Part shown: positions 51,351-64,000 of the stretch, one piece after another
How positions within the stretch are numbered: the stretch's first letter is position 1
Layout of the letters: the number at the start of each line of letters is the position of its first letter
Source of the DNA: Lama guanicoe
Taxonomy: Eukaryota
DNA length: 64,000 nt
NCBI GenBank assembly: GCA_013239625.1
Contig: MU053365.1
Coordinates: 907,566 to 971,565, forward strand
Direction of reading: 5' to 3'
Position numbers and translations under genes: made by a program
Notes under the pieces: generated by a model
What the model was told of the DNA's origin: nothing
Databases searched by the model: none
The model's input: the letters and a program-made list of their open reading frames with translations, nothing else

Positions 51351-54300
51351 TTGCAGAGACTAATAGAACACGGATATATGTGTGTGTGTGTGTATTCTAT
51401 ACTGTTCAGCAAGATACCTCATTTATATATTTTATTTCACATGAAAACTAAGAGAATGCCTCTCACTGGTTCTCATGCATTCACATAAAATTTACTGAGC
51501 ATCTCTTCCATTCTGGGTCCTCTGCTGGATGCTAGGCATGTGGAGGTGAATCTGCTGTGGTCTAAACTCTTAAGCGGATCGCAGTCCACGGAGCAGACAT
51601 ACTTACAAATGGATAATTAAAGAGTAGTGTGTGTGACTAGTTCTGTTAGTCCCAGGGCTGGTTGACTCCCGAGCCTGCACTCTCCACGGTGTGGTTCTCC
51701 TGCCTCTCAGACTGTGCTGCTGAGGGGCATTAAATGAACCAATGTGAGGTTAAAGGGCTTTGCAAACTGTAAAGCACAGTAAAACACAGAATTGTTGAAA
51801 TGGATATTAGGAGTGATCATTTCATTTCTAAATGTGAATGCAGAAACACAGAAATGAGAACCTTTAAGAACTGGCCTCCTTAAAACTAGAACTGATGGAA
51901 AGGAAAAAGGTTGACCCTCCTCCTCACCTTCTGAACTCTCCTGGGTGATGGATTCCAAGGGAACAGTGTCACGCTTTTGCAGACACAAACTTGAGCTGCC
52001 TCAATTAGGGGGTCAGTTTTATTTTGTACTTTCAGGCCACACACACTTCATTGAACACATTCCCCAATCTAATGCTGATTTTGATTTCCTTACATCAGCT
52101 TCAGCTCTTTGTTCTGTTTTGTAAGCGCCTAATCTATAATTTCCTAGGCTTGTCTAAGATTCCTGCTATGGTATGTTCATTCACAGGAATCCCACGTCTC
52201 TAGAATCCAGCCACACCTGTACGCTACTGTATTTATATAAACATAATTTCTCCATTTTTCTTTCCTCTCCCTAGACTACCTGTAATGCACTCCAAGACAG
52301 GAGACAGGTAGCTTGTTGAATTCACAAATACCTTTAATTAAATTGGAAGATAACTTTAGGGTAGTTCAAAGGCTGGAGCTGAACACGAAGTCATTGAGCA
52401 CTAAGTCTTAACTTGTAAATTCTAAATCTTTGCTGCTTGGACATAATTTTCTAATAAGTGCAAGACAGGCCAGAACTGAACAGCATGTACGGTTGGCTTA
52501 ATGAAGTTTAGGGAAATAGGCTCATTAATGCAGCTTCAGAAGGAACGTCCATTTTCTACATCACAAGACATGATTTTTACCATCTTTCAGCAATAACATT
52601 AAACCTTTTCGATTCCACCAAGATGCCAAGTCCCAGAGTGTGTGGAAATCCAGAGGTTCCTCTAATTGCTTCTAAAATGCAATTGCCGTCTTCCCCGTTC
52701 CCAGCATGGGGCTGCAGGCGGCATCTGCCTGACTGCGGCCGGCCGGCCGGGAGCCGGGCACTGGCTTTCCCTTTGCTTTTAAGTAAATGGTAATTAAGAA
52801 AAGAAGGGCTGGAAAGTTGAATCAAATGCTCCCTAATGGATCGCATCCTTTCTGCTTGGAGTGACATTTACGGCATGTGTTTGCCACCTCATTGTTTTCT
52901 GTATGACTTAGAGAGAAAAGAAGAGTCAAATCGGTGCAAATCTTTAGTGAGTCAAAGAACTGAACAGACTCGTTTAAAATGTCAATCCAAGCAGGCAGTC
53001 GTTATTGGGAACAAATGGCAATAGCGGCGCGGTCATACTGCACATTTCTGTCATACTTAAGATCTTTTGAGAGCACTTTTTTCTTTCCTTCTCATTTAAA
53101 GTGATAAAAGGCACAACAACAATGATGAGGATGTATCTTGCCCTCGTTTCAAATTCTAAGAAAACATTTTGACAGGATGGGCCCGGCATTTGCTCGACTC
53201 GGCTGTCTCACACCTGCCCCAAATCCCTGTCAGACCCTGCCTTCAACATTTTTGTACTTTTGTTCATCATGGAGTTTTTTACATTCATTTTGAGTTTTCA
53301 AATTTACTGCACTTAGATAGTAATCATCTTGATTATTGAGGGATATTTTTGTTTTTTGCACTTCTTTAATTCTGTGCCCAGGATGAGTGCCTTGATTCTG
53401 AGTGGTGTCTGGCCGGCAGCATGAACAGAATAAGAATGGAGAAGGTGATCCAACACACAGGCAAGGACGTGGCAAATTCACGGGAGAGAAAAGCGGGGGT
53501 AGGAAAGTCACAGGGGCCGGAACTCCCTCACCAGGACCCAAGTGTACGTTTCTCCAGTAGCTAGGAGTGGATGCTGTGATGCCGCAGTAACTGTAACGTG
53601 TGTCCCTGTGTCCTCTGTGTCCTCGCGTGAGGAACTGGGGTGGTCTGGTAGCAGTCCGTGGAGAAGACGCAGCAAAAGGAAGAGAAAGCATGACCAGCTT
53701 CCCTCTGTGGCTCTTTTTGGGGGTCTCGCCTGCTCCAGCCAGCCTGCTCTTTCGAGTCACACAACACACTTTTCTTGGCCTGTTCAGACCTGTTTATCTG
53801 GTACAATCGAAGAAAGCTCCACAATGGAGCAAAGTCCATCAAATTTCGCTGGTTATGGCTGGACAGGAACAGTCAACCTCTTTTATGAGAGCCACTCTCC
53901 TAGTCTATAAAAGCTGTCTATTTGGAAAAAAATGAGCCACTGAGTGAAATGCAAGCTCACAGTATGCACACCTCAAATTACTAACACAACCACCCCCTTC
54001 AGGAGAGGTTCATTATTAATTCAACTTCTGAAAGAAATAAGGGGCACACACCACCGGCCACCCCACTGAGAAAATATTCATGACATTTGAAAAGCAACAT
54101 GATTCATGGACGAAGAAAAAAGATGATAAAATACTAAGAAACCCAGATAACTGCCAATCAAAACTTATAACTAATAGTCTTTTCATACATGCCAAGCTCA
54201 AATTCTAATTTTTCTTTTGAACACCTACAAGGATTACAGTTCTGTTGGCCAGGGATCTTTCGTGTGGTACAGGACAACGGCAAAGAGGGTGGAAGGACCT

Positions 54301-54679
54301 TGATGTGATGGAAAGTATCCAGGACTGAAGTAAAATAGACTTGGATTCCAGTCCCGGGTCTGCCACTGACAATAAATAAACTCTGTCCTGCAAGACAGAG
54401 CAGTGAACACACGTGCTCAGGCAGTCAGTCACCCAGAACCAAAAGTCCTGGGACTGTTCTCCACCTTTAAGTACAGTATTTTCCTGACTTTCCAGTCTAT
54501 TCAACAATATGCTTACTGTATCAACCTGTTATATATGATACACTCTCTTAACATAGTGTCCTTAACCTCCAGACATGGACCCTCCCACATGCTTACCTTT
54601 GCTTCCTTTAGCGGATAGATGAAAATGGATGCTCGGGATGGGGAGCAGAGCATTGGTCTATGCCCTACATAGGGTACTT

Positions 54680-54790
54680 CATTTAAGATCCTTAACAACT
54701 TTATGAGGTGAATAATATCCCCATTTCACAGATGAGGAGGCAGAGGCTCAGAGAACATAGGAACTAACCCAATGCCATATTGGTTAGAAC
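54680..54790 (-). mobile_element. MIR fragment
   Basis: aacaactttatgaggt ... tatccccatttcacagatgaggaggcagaggctcagag. Confidence 0.75.
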
Positions 54791-55399
54791 CAAACCCCCT
54801 GATGTCATATGAAATATACATGGAATAAGACTTCAGAGAGGTGAGAGATACTTTCTTTGCAGAGCCCCTGCGGGGCTTCAAGTTCAGAGTCAGCAAAAAT
54901 GGGGCTGTGGGACAGCAAGTAGGGTGGTCACAGCAGAGGACTGTCAGTGGGTAACAGAGCTAGCCGTCCTCCGCTCATCCTTCATGTGGGTGTGATACTT
55001 GTCCCTAGCTCCAGTCCCAGGAACTGTTTCCTAGTCAGAGCAGGGTATCTGCATGGAGAGGCCGACAGTACACGTGTTGCAGCTAAATAAAGAGGCACAG
55101 TACAGAGAAGGGGGACACTACGCCTCATCTGGAGGGAAAAAAAAGAAAACAACAAAAGGCAGCTCCACCAAGGAATGAAATACATTAAAGTCTTCTAGAA
55201 TAAAGTCTGAAATGCCATGAAAGACTTCCAAGGAAAGACCTCTTCCTTTAGCACTGACATGGAGTCCTCCTGAGTCAGCCTGCCTCCTTTCCACTAAGAC
55301 ATCCTAAAGAGAAGCCTCCTAGTGAACAGGACGAGCCCACTGCCACAGAGCTGGCATTTAGTACTCCCAATCCAGAGAGCGGTCTGAAGGAGCAATGTT

Positions 55400-55980
55400 C
55401 ACAGATGGCTATGAAACAAACTCATGCCAGCTACTGTCCTAATCAATGTCCCTCTTCATTCATAAAAATAAATGGTCAATCAGAGATAACCGGATGTTTG
55501 AGGAAAACCAACAGCATGAAAGAGAAGGACCAACAGGAACACACAAAACAAACGACTACAGAGGAAACAGATTACACCAGGCACAGAAGTCAAGAATGAA
55601 CTCCCATGAAAAAGAAGCAATAACAGAGTAAGAAAGTTCTTTGAAATTAAAAAAAAAGACTACAGATTTCTTTTAAGTAGAAGGGCTAAATAATAAAAAA
55701 TTTTACAGCTTGAGATAACAAGATGGAAAAGATGCACAAAAAGGGTAAGAAACATTGAATATAGATTCAGAAGGTGCAACATTTATCTAATAGGCATTCT
55801 GGAATGAAAGAAACATTAGAGGGTAGGGTATAACAGAGGGAACAATTCATAGATGAAGAAATACAGGAGTCTTTAGATTAAAAGGGCCTTAAAATGCTAA
55901 GCAGGATTTAAAAAATGATCCACATCTACTCATGTTGACATTTTAGTTTATGAAGGATAAATAAAAAATCTCTTGGCTTC
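55400..55980 (+). mobile_element. Ancient L1/HAL1-type ORF1 remnant
   Basis: agattcagaaggtgcaacatttatctaataggcattctggaa resembles the ORF1 motif R.RR.NI..IGIPE; aaggataaataaaaaatc resembles KDKEKI. Confidence 0.6.
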
Positions 55981-55999
55981 CAGAACACCTCATTCACAG

Positions 56000-56780
56000 T
56001 GGATTTCCCTCCGAGGTCACTAGCCATTCCTTCCTAGTCTCATTTGCTGGTTCTCCATCTCCATAAACTCTAAAACACTGAACTGACCCAGGATTTAGTT
56101 CCTGTGTCTCTTCTTTTTCTGTCTCTTCTTATTTTCTAGCTAGGATCATCCAATAGCATCAAAACCACTTTATAGGCTGTGACCTATCTTTATATCTCCC
56201 ACCTGGATTCCCCTCATGAATCCAGATAAATATAACCAAGTTCTTACCTGATATATCAAAATTAAAATCCAAAACTGGACTTCTGATATCACATTCACCC
56301 TACCCCCAAGAAAACCTCCTCCTGTAATTTTCCTCACATATATGAATACGTCCATATTCTCAATTTTTCAGGCAAAAATCCTATCATTCATCCTTTACTC
56401 CACTCTTTCCCCCATACGTCATATCCAGAAACTAGTGTTGGCCCTCAAAAGATATCCAGAATCTGGCCATTCCTCACTACCTCTACTGCCACCACCCTAC
56501 TGCAAGCTATCATCATCTCTCACCTGGCTTACTGAAGCAGCCTCCTCACCAGTCTCTCTGTTTCTGCACTTGCCAACTTTTAATCTATTCTCAATCCAGC
56601 AGCCAAAATGAGCATCTGCTCAAAACCCTACAGAAGGGTCATATCTCACTCTGATTTAAAATTAAAGTCTTTATTGCAACCTATCTGGTCCTCCATGACA
56701 TGCCCATGACCCCTGTGACCTCATCTCCTACTAACTCTTTCATTCACTCCTCACTGTTCCTGAAACACACCAGGCAGGCA
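56000..56780 (+). mobile_element. L2 LINE fragment
   Basis: ccatattctcaatttttcaggcaaaaatcc ... atatccagaatctggccattcctcact ... catcatctctcacctgg. Confidence 0.8.
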
Positions 56781-57204
56781 CACATGTCCCAGAATGGCAG
56801 AATATAAATGAACAGGAAGTTGTCAGAGAGATGCTCAAAAAGTGTCTTCAAGAATTAAAAAAAAAAAAGTTCTATCCCACAAACTGCATGGGTATAACTT
56901 TAAGGTTCTCACTGATGCAATGAAAGTAAATTTCTCTTCTTTCCAAAAAGGAAAGGAGTGGAGGGAGAAGGCAGAGAGGGAGGGAGAAAGCAACAGAAAG
57001 GGGAGGGAGGGAGGAGAAAAGAAAGGAGGGGCATAAAAACTACGGTTAAAAAAATTGCACAAAACAAAGAGCTATGGCCCAAATATGAAGCAAAATAAAA
57101 GGCAGCACTTTCTGAATAATCAGTGTAAGAAAAGATAATCTATTTGATCTTGATGCTTCTCAATGACCTAGGATTACCTATCCTGCTCTATGAAGTACAG
57201 TCTT

Positions 57205-58200
57205 TAAGAAATATTTATTGAGCACTTATGAAATGCTGGCTGGTGTCCTAGGTGCTCAGGGAATATATGACTGTGAACAGAAACAGAAAAAAGAAATGTT
57301 TCTATCCTCACAAAGTTAACGTTCAAATGGTGAAAGATAATTTATAAAAATAAATAAATAAATGAGAAAATGTCAGTTTTAAGCATCCTGGAGAAAATAA
57401 AATTAGATAAATGGTGGGACAGTATATACTGTTTAAGACTGAGTGGTCAGGCAAGGAGGAGATATTTGAACTGAGACTTGAATGACAGACAACAGCCAGC
57501 CATGGAAAGATCTGGAAGCAGAGTGTCCCAGGCACATTGTAAGGAGTTAAGACAGGAACCATCATGGTATGTGACAGAAACAGCATAAGGCCGTAGGGCT
57601 GGAAGTCAGCAAGTGAGGAGCACTGGTGATGGGAAATATGATCGGAAGGTTTGTGGGGGCCAGAATTATGCAACGCTTGCAAGGAGGGTTTTAAGTCAGG
57701 GAAAGAATGATCTTATTTCTGTTCTAAGACCATGCTGACTACACTCTGGAGCAGGGCCTGGAGAGGGGCTGGAGGGAAGAGAACAAGAACAGCAACAGGG
57801 AGATCAGTTAGGTGGCTGGTGCTAGAGTGCGACAGCAGAGATGCTGGTGGGGCAGATGAGGGTGGTAGTATCAGAAGGGGTGAGAATTGACCAGTTCAGG
57901 GTATATTTTAGAGGAGCCAATAGATGTATATCAGAGTGGAGCAGGGGGTGAAAGGTAGGAATCTGAGATGACTCCCAAGTTTGGGATATGATGGGTAGAG
58001 GTATCATTCACTGGCAAGACACGGAGACATAGTTTTGCAGGCTGGAAATTAAGAACTGTTTTGGACAGGTAAAGTTTAAGATGGCAGGCAGACATACACA
58101 GGTATCAGTCAGGTGGTTAGATATGAGTCTGTACTTCAGAGGAGAGGTTGGGCATGGGGACTTATATTTGGGAGTCATTACATGGCATTTAAAATTACGA
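57205..58200 (-). mobile_element. L2 LINE 3' fragment
   Basis: aaatatttattgagcactta ... atttgaactgagacttgaatgac ... gatgactcccaagtttg ... ttttggacaggtaaagtttaagatg. Confidence 0.85.
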
Positions 58201-61200
58201 GTCCAAAGACACTACTTCCAGACATAAAAGTAATGACATGGGAGACAACAGTCAGGAGGCAGAGGGGGAGAAGGAGGAGTCGGGGTGTGTCTGTGGTAGC
58301 TTCCTTTGTTTACAAGGTAAGGAGCAAATAAATAGAGTCAACATTTGAAGAAACAAGAAATAGACCTGGATAGACATTGTTCAAAGTTTGCAAATGAAAT
58401 CATGGGAGGAAAATTTTAAAATAGTATCATCAACAAAAAATAAATCAAGAAATTGGAGGAAGAAGAGAGGTGGAAAACAGTGTAGTTTGCTAAATTCCTC
58501 ATCTGTCATAGCAACAGAAAATACAGTCAATGGGTAATATGTAAAATTGACAAAGCAAGAAAGAGTGCTGTATTATTCAGCATTTTGGTGATACCTTTCA
58601 GAATATTTAAAACAGTTAAAAGTAGCTTCTCTGGGAAATGGGATTTCAGGAGGATGACAGTGGGTGGTGTGGAGGGGGACTTTTTCTTTTATACCATTTA
58701 TTAGAATTTTTCGTCTGCGCATTATTTTATAACAATGATGATGACGATGATGCTGAAGATGGTAACAGCTACCATTGGCTATTTGCACCTTCCTTTTGCC
58801 CTTTTCAAACTCAAAGGATGGGTTACTGGCTGTGCTTTCTTTGGCTGGCTCCCTTCATATTAGCTAACTATCCTAATAATCACTCAATGTCACACAGTCA
58901 TTTCTTATTTTCTCCACTCAGGTGCACAAAATCACCATGCGTGATTTCTAATATGGATGCAATTACTGAAAGACCTGGATCCAAGCCTACCATGTTTCTT
59001 GCCCCAGAAAGAATACATAAGAATGTGAAGTTCCCTAGGGGACTTATCAGTCCTCACTTCAAAACAGATGGCCGCAGTGTTGGACGAGCTGTGGTAAAAG
59101 GTGAAATCGGTAAAAACCCAAAGGAAGTTTGTCCTCATGATTTCTAAACACACTTATTACGAATTTGAATGTTACCAACCCTTTAAACCAAATTTAACGG
59201 AAGACTTAGTTCAGTTTCCCAATAATGGTTTTGTGACACCTCAGAGTGCCTCCAATTATCTTAAGGAGCATTGTGAAATTCTCTTTTCCCACCCTAAAAA
59301 TAATGTATGTTCACTTTAATCCAAAATTTAACAAATACACATCACTCACTACTTGGATTCAGAGGAAGGGGCTGACATGGAAGCGTATTGACTAGGGCAT
59401 CTCAACTATAGAAGAGTAGGGGTTCCCCAGTTCACAACCTGTATTGGATTTATACGAACAGATAAGTGTCCTGACCAACCAGGAAACCATTTATTTGTGC
59501 TACCAGTTCCTCTCTACTATTAAGAGTCTCACTGGACTTTCCCTCATTTATTTCATTCAGGAGCTACTTTACTAAATTATGTAAGTCCCCAAATATACAG
59601 ATAGCTTTCTTTTCATATTGACCATACCCTCGGCTGTAGACAGAACAGAAGCATCTTTGAGAGGTGTTCAGTTTTTTTATGTACTCCATATAACAGAAGG
59701 AGATGGAAACGGGATTTCCTCCTTTCTCTGGATAGTGAATGAGGTTCGCCCATCCCTCTTGCCAACAACGGTATCTGCCTTGATACTTTCTGTCTATCCT
59801 TCAGCAAAGCGAGAAAATGCCCACGGTCAAGTGCAAAGTCTGGTTACAGGTAACATCTCACCCTAAGATAACTCTTTCTAAGGAGAATCCTTCTCTGAAG
59901 GATAAAAGAGAAATGATCACTTCCAGCTCTCCCTTCTGGGTTTTCAGGACCAACCTTCCAAAAGTAACATTAAGACCTCACTTGTCATCCTCATGAGACA
60001 ATTTCTCTATCACCCTAGTGCCCAGATATTTTCAGGTGGAGCAAAATCACAGCAAATGAAGTAATAGTAAATTTGCCTGGTTCCAAGAAGGCACCATTGT
60101 TTCCCCCAACCCTTCATTTTTTCAATCCTATAAAATTCTGAAACTCATGTAATAGCTTTCCACGGCTGTGAATTCTGGCTCCCAGAATGCGAGGAAAGAC
60201 TGGATGGAAAGCAAAGGAAGGGGGCATGATATCCATTGGATTTGGAACCAGATTTGCACCTCTTGCCCTTTCTTGATCTCACGTGAAGGTTTGGTTGGTA
60301 CATAATGCTTCCAATTTTACAGGGAGCAGTTCTGATAACTCTGTGGTTTTCAATAACAAGCCTTAAACCTGCACACTGTGATAACCAAATCCATCCACGG
60401 CACCCGAGTCGGGGGTAATCCATTCGAAGTCTTAATCACAAAAATAAAGCTCCACTGGGCTAGTCAGGTTTTAGACCCAACGAGCCTAAGGTGGGAGCCG
60501 GCTTTTAACCGATGCCTCCTGTTAGAAAAGGAAGCAGGCCAGTGCATTAGTGAGCTGTGAGGGCCGGGCCCCTGGTGAGACACTGAGCGCTGAAGATACA
60601 GTGTCACTGTGTAAATGGCTTTAAAAATACGTGTTTGGAAAAGCACCAAAATGTTTTAGTCACTTGATTATAGTAAGACTAAGTCATTTTATAGCCTTAA
60701 TAGAGGAAGGAAGCAGCAAGACACAAGCGAAAAACCACTCAGGACACAGAAGCCAGCAGAAAGTAAACAGCACTGTGAGGTGCCAGGAGTGGGCAACCAT
60801 TAGACCCCAGTCTTTCACAATCAAGAGCATTTCGTCCATTGTTTAGAGCCCTGGACTATTTTGTCCAACTCTATTCCCCCAATTAAATGCTTACGCCAGG
60901 TACCATTTTGCCTGGTAAAGAGGGCTCTTCAGCATCCACACGAGAGATGGCCAACCAACTCTCAAGAGCTTTAGAGAGATGTGTAGAGACAAAAATACAT
61001 TTTACAGTGTATCCTTGGGGTGAGAGCGGGAGGAAGGATAGAAGAAATCGTGCAGCTCGATTTTGTTCCTTCCAAAGATAGAATCTTAGTATGCTGTATG
61101 GTCTCTAACTACAACTTTCAACAAGGACAAACTATCTTTGGAGTAAAATAACATTCTGGGTGTTTTGCTATCCCAGGGTTTAGTAACATACAATTGCAGC

Positions 61201-61245
61201 AGTCAATAGCAAGAAAAAAATTAATCTCCTGAAATTTGAAAACGT

Positions 61246-61265
61246 ACACACACACACACACACAC
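61246..61265 (+). repeat. (AC)n microsatellite
   Basis: Read directly from the sequence. Confidence 0.9.
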
Positions 61266-62009
61266 TGCAGTGGAGCCCTAGCCATTATATGAGCTTAAAC
61301 ATTTCAATCTAAATTAAATCCAATTAGAAGTAATCATAGTGGATCATATTAAACTAATTCTCAGACAGGAAAGATTATCATTTTAAATGGCTCCATAAAG
61401 CACTAATGAAAAAAAATCATTTATTTCAATTAAGTAGGCTTATAACCAATACCTAAAGGTCAGTGGAAAACTGCCAGGTGGCTATTTCTCTCCTCTGCCT
61501 GAACCCCAGTTGAGCCGTAAGAGCCAGGGGTTCTGAAGCAAGATCCGCCTGTGTTGGGACTGAGCTTGAAGTCGTCCATCACGCCAGACTGAGCGATTGT
61601 AGAGCTTAGTAATGACAGGAGTGATTGCCTCTCAGGATGGATGGAACACTACATTTCAGGACTTAGGTGCATAACTTCTTTTCTATTATTACGTCTCCCT
61701 TTTGTACTTGATGTATTCTAGTCAACAGTTCTATAATTTCCCCAGCAACTTCAGCTCCCATAAGAAGCCTTCCTAGTGACTGTGTCTAACCTTGTCCTTT
61801 CCTCCATGGAATTGAGAGCCACCACGCACTGGTCAAAAGCTGTTTTGCCTTTTACTCCTAAAGCATCTATTTAAGGGAACAGATATTAATGCAAATTTCT
61901 CTTCTGTGTTCATTATTTTTTAAAGTTGCCACAGAGTGATAGCTTGAGAGGCCTGAAGAGCTAGGCTATCTTTTCACCATCCAGCGGGTGGCTATTAACA
62001 TCTTAGCTC

Positions 62010-62120
62010 TAGCCAAACTTCGGAGACCGGGGTTCTAGTGCTAACTGCTACCTGGCCTTGTTGGTTGTATGACCCTGGCCAAGTCATTTCACTACTCTGA
62101 GACCTAGTTTGATCATGCAT
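62010..62120 (+). mobile_element. MIR fragment
   Basis: ggagaccggggttctagt ... tgtatgaccctggccaagtcatttcactactctgagacct. Confidence 0.65.
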
Positions 62121-64000
62121 GAACTTTGCATTTTCTGTTCACACCTGCTATTTTAAAGCTCCTCCAAGGTGCCTTGGGCGTGGCTGCTGCAGAGTTGGAG
62201 GGACAGCTGGTGGCTACAGCTTCCTTCCCCATTTTTCCCAAAGGAGCTCTGTCTTCATCCACACATAATGGGCTTTCATGCAAGATCTTGTTTTACAAAG
62301 AATTCTGCTGCTAAAAATTTTAAACCACTGGCCTTTAAGGTTCAGTGAATCTGTAACTTTGATTCCAATAAAAGAATCAAACCAGATAAATCTGGAGAAA
62401 ATATCAACTTGCAAATTAGGAGGGGTCTCCCACATCCTACAGGGAAAGCTTAATATCTGGATAATGACAGTCTCCATATACTATGATTAAGGGACTTTTA
62501 ATCGATTTAAGTAAACAATAAGGATATTTTTCACTGAAAAAGCTGAAGATGTTCTTTCTCAGGAATGTGTTCAACCCTTCATCAGTCTACTATTCTCATC
62601 TCCTGTTCGCTTCCCCCTTTTCTGAAGAGGCCGTGTATGTGCTTTATTTTGTAATGGGCCAATCTCTTTTTTTCTCTGTCTCGTTTACAAGCCAGAAAAG
62701 GTAGATGCTTGAGAGTAACAGAAACAACTGTCATCAATACTGGGGCTGGGAAAGGGCTTAAAGGAAAAAGCTTCCCTTTGACTAAGAGATTCCAGACGGG
62801 TCACTGAATTGCTTGGAGATCCCCTATTAAACCTGAGGGGAAATGAAAGTAAGTTCCCCTTTAAAAAAAATCTACTTCGATGGTATCTTACATTCTAAAT
62901 GAAATAAGGATATTCACAAAGGCTCTGTTATCTTATTCATCTCTCTGAAATCACACACAGATATTCAGAGATGTACCTGCACTTCCTACTTCTGCATATT
63001 ATACCTTTAAATCACCTAATACATAATAGCTCTTGTACAAAAAAATTCATTAAAGGGTTTCCTTTTCAGCATAACTGTTAAATCAGCAGCTCATCCAATG
63101 ATCTGATGCAGAATGTAACAAGTTCCTGATGGAGTTGTGTTCCCTTTGAGAACAAGTGTTTTTTCATCACCCTCTTAGTCACCTAATTTGACTGAAATCT
63201 AAGATCTTAATGCATCAGTCTTGTTAATTCTCTTGCCAGTACGTAGGAAATTGAAGCAATAAACCACAACTTGTTTGTAGTGGTGTTAACATTATTAAGT
63301 ACTCAGCTAGCTGACAAGAGCCCCATTTTTCCATTAAACTTAAACAGCAGCTTCATGCATATTTAGCTCTTTGGCACTTTTCTTATTTTCCCCCTGATGA
63401 CTTGTTTAAAAAGTTGACCTCAAATTCACTACACTCCACTTCACTTTTTTTGTAATCAAAGTTATGACATATTGCTTTAGCAAATGGCTATTGTCTTTTT
63501 ATTACTATTTTTTAAGCACTATTCAACTGCTAGTTCTCTGTAAGAAAATACACAGCATTTTTTTCCTCATTATGCTAGTTAATGGAACTGGACCTTGAAA
63601 TTGCAGTACTGCATTTCAAAAGATAGTATTTCAATCGTTAGGTATTTGAATATCCTGTGTGATTTTTATTATGATGGTTGTTGTTGTTATTATTATTATT
63701 ACTGATTTGCTGTGGGAGCCACTTGCACTTTCATCTAATTCACTAGTTTGCTCCACATTTTAAAAGCTTCAGTCTTGGAAGGCACATTGGCCTTTCTGCC
63801 TATTGCCATGTGCGTGGAAAATGCTCTCGCCTTGGCATCAGGTCACACCCACAACTGACAGCTTGAACATAACCACTATGTGGTATGAGAACCTACGGAA
63901 GAAGTTACTTGTAACCTCCGCAACTAGTTTATTGGAAGCTAGCTGAAAACTTCAGACTAGTGTCCAACACTTTGTCTTCGCATTTTTAAACCCCACGCTC

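Noticed and set aside
53230..53935. Overlapping 93-179 aa ORFs on both strands
   Set aside because: No recognisable domain, non-ATG starts, and a composition typical of non-coding GC-richer DNA.
58638..59147. 169-aa ORF with an acceptor-like site near 58921
   Set aside because: It starts inside an old L1/HAL1 tail and a (GAT)n run, resembles no protein I recognise, and has no clear downstream donor.

Overview
This is mammalian non-coding genomic DNA, most likely from a camelid (camel, alpaca or llama), judged from two Vic-1-like tRNA-derived SINEs and lineage-type L1 3' ends. I recognise no protein-coding exon, RNA gene or processed pseudogene. The ORF-track entries are chance ORFs or read through repeats; 30419-30640, 32996-33286 and 33105-33431 are decayed L1 ORF2 C-terminal pieces. 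Much of the window is interspersed repeat: MIR, L2, old L1MB/MC/ME, younger L1, MLT1 LTRs, hAT MITEs (MER5A, MER20, MER58A, MER117) and microsatellites. I found no convincing novel biological system. The best-supported oddities are insertion and repair signatures: a twin-primed L1 with an exact 16-bp TSD and an extra fragment at its junction, a poly-A-less internal L1 snippet between direct repeats, and a local duplication. More speculative leads are a possible fossil RTE-clade LINE at about 21.9-25.3 kb, a compound non-B DNA element at 37.9 kb, and repeat-free CpG/motif-rich patches at 16.0, 18.4 and 52.7 kb. Repeat names come from recalled consensus sequences, and boundaries are approximate unless a TSD is given.
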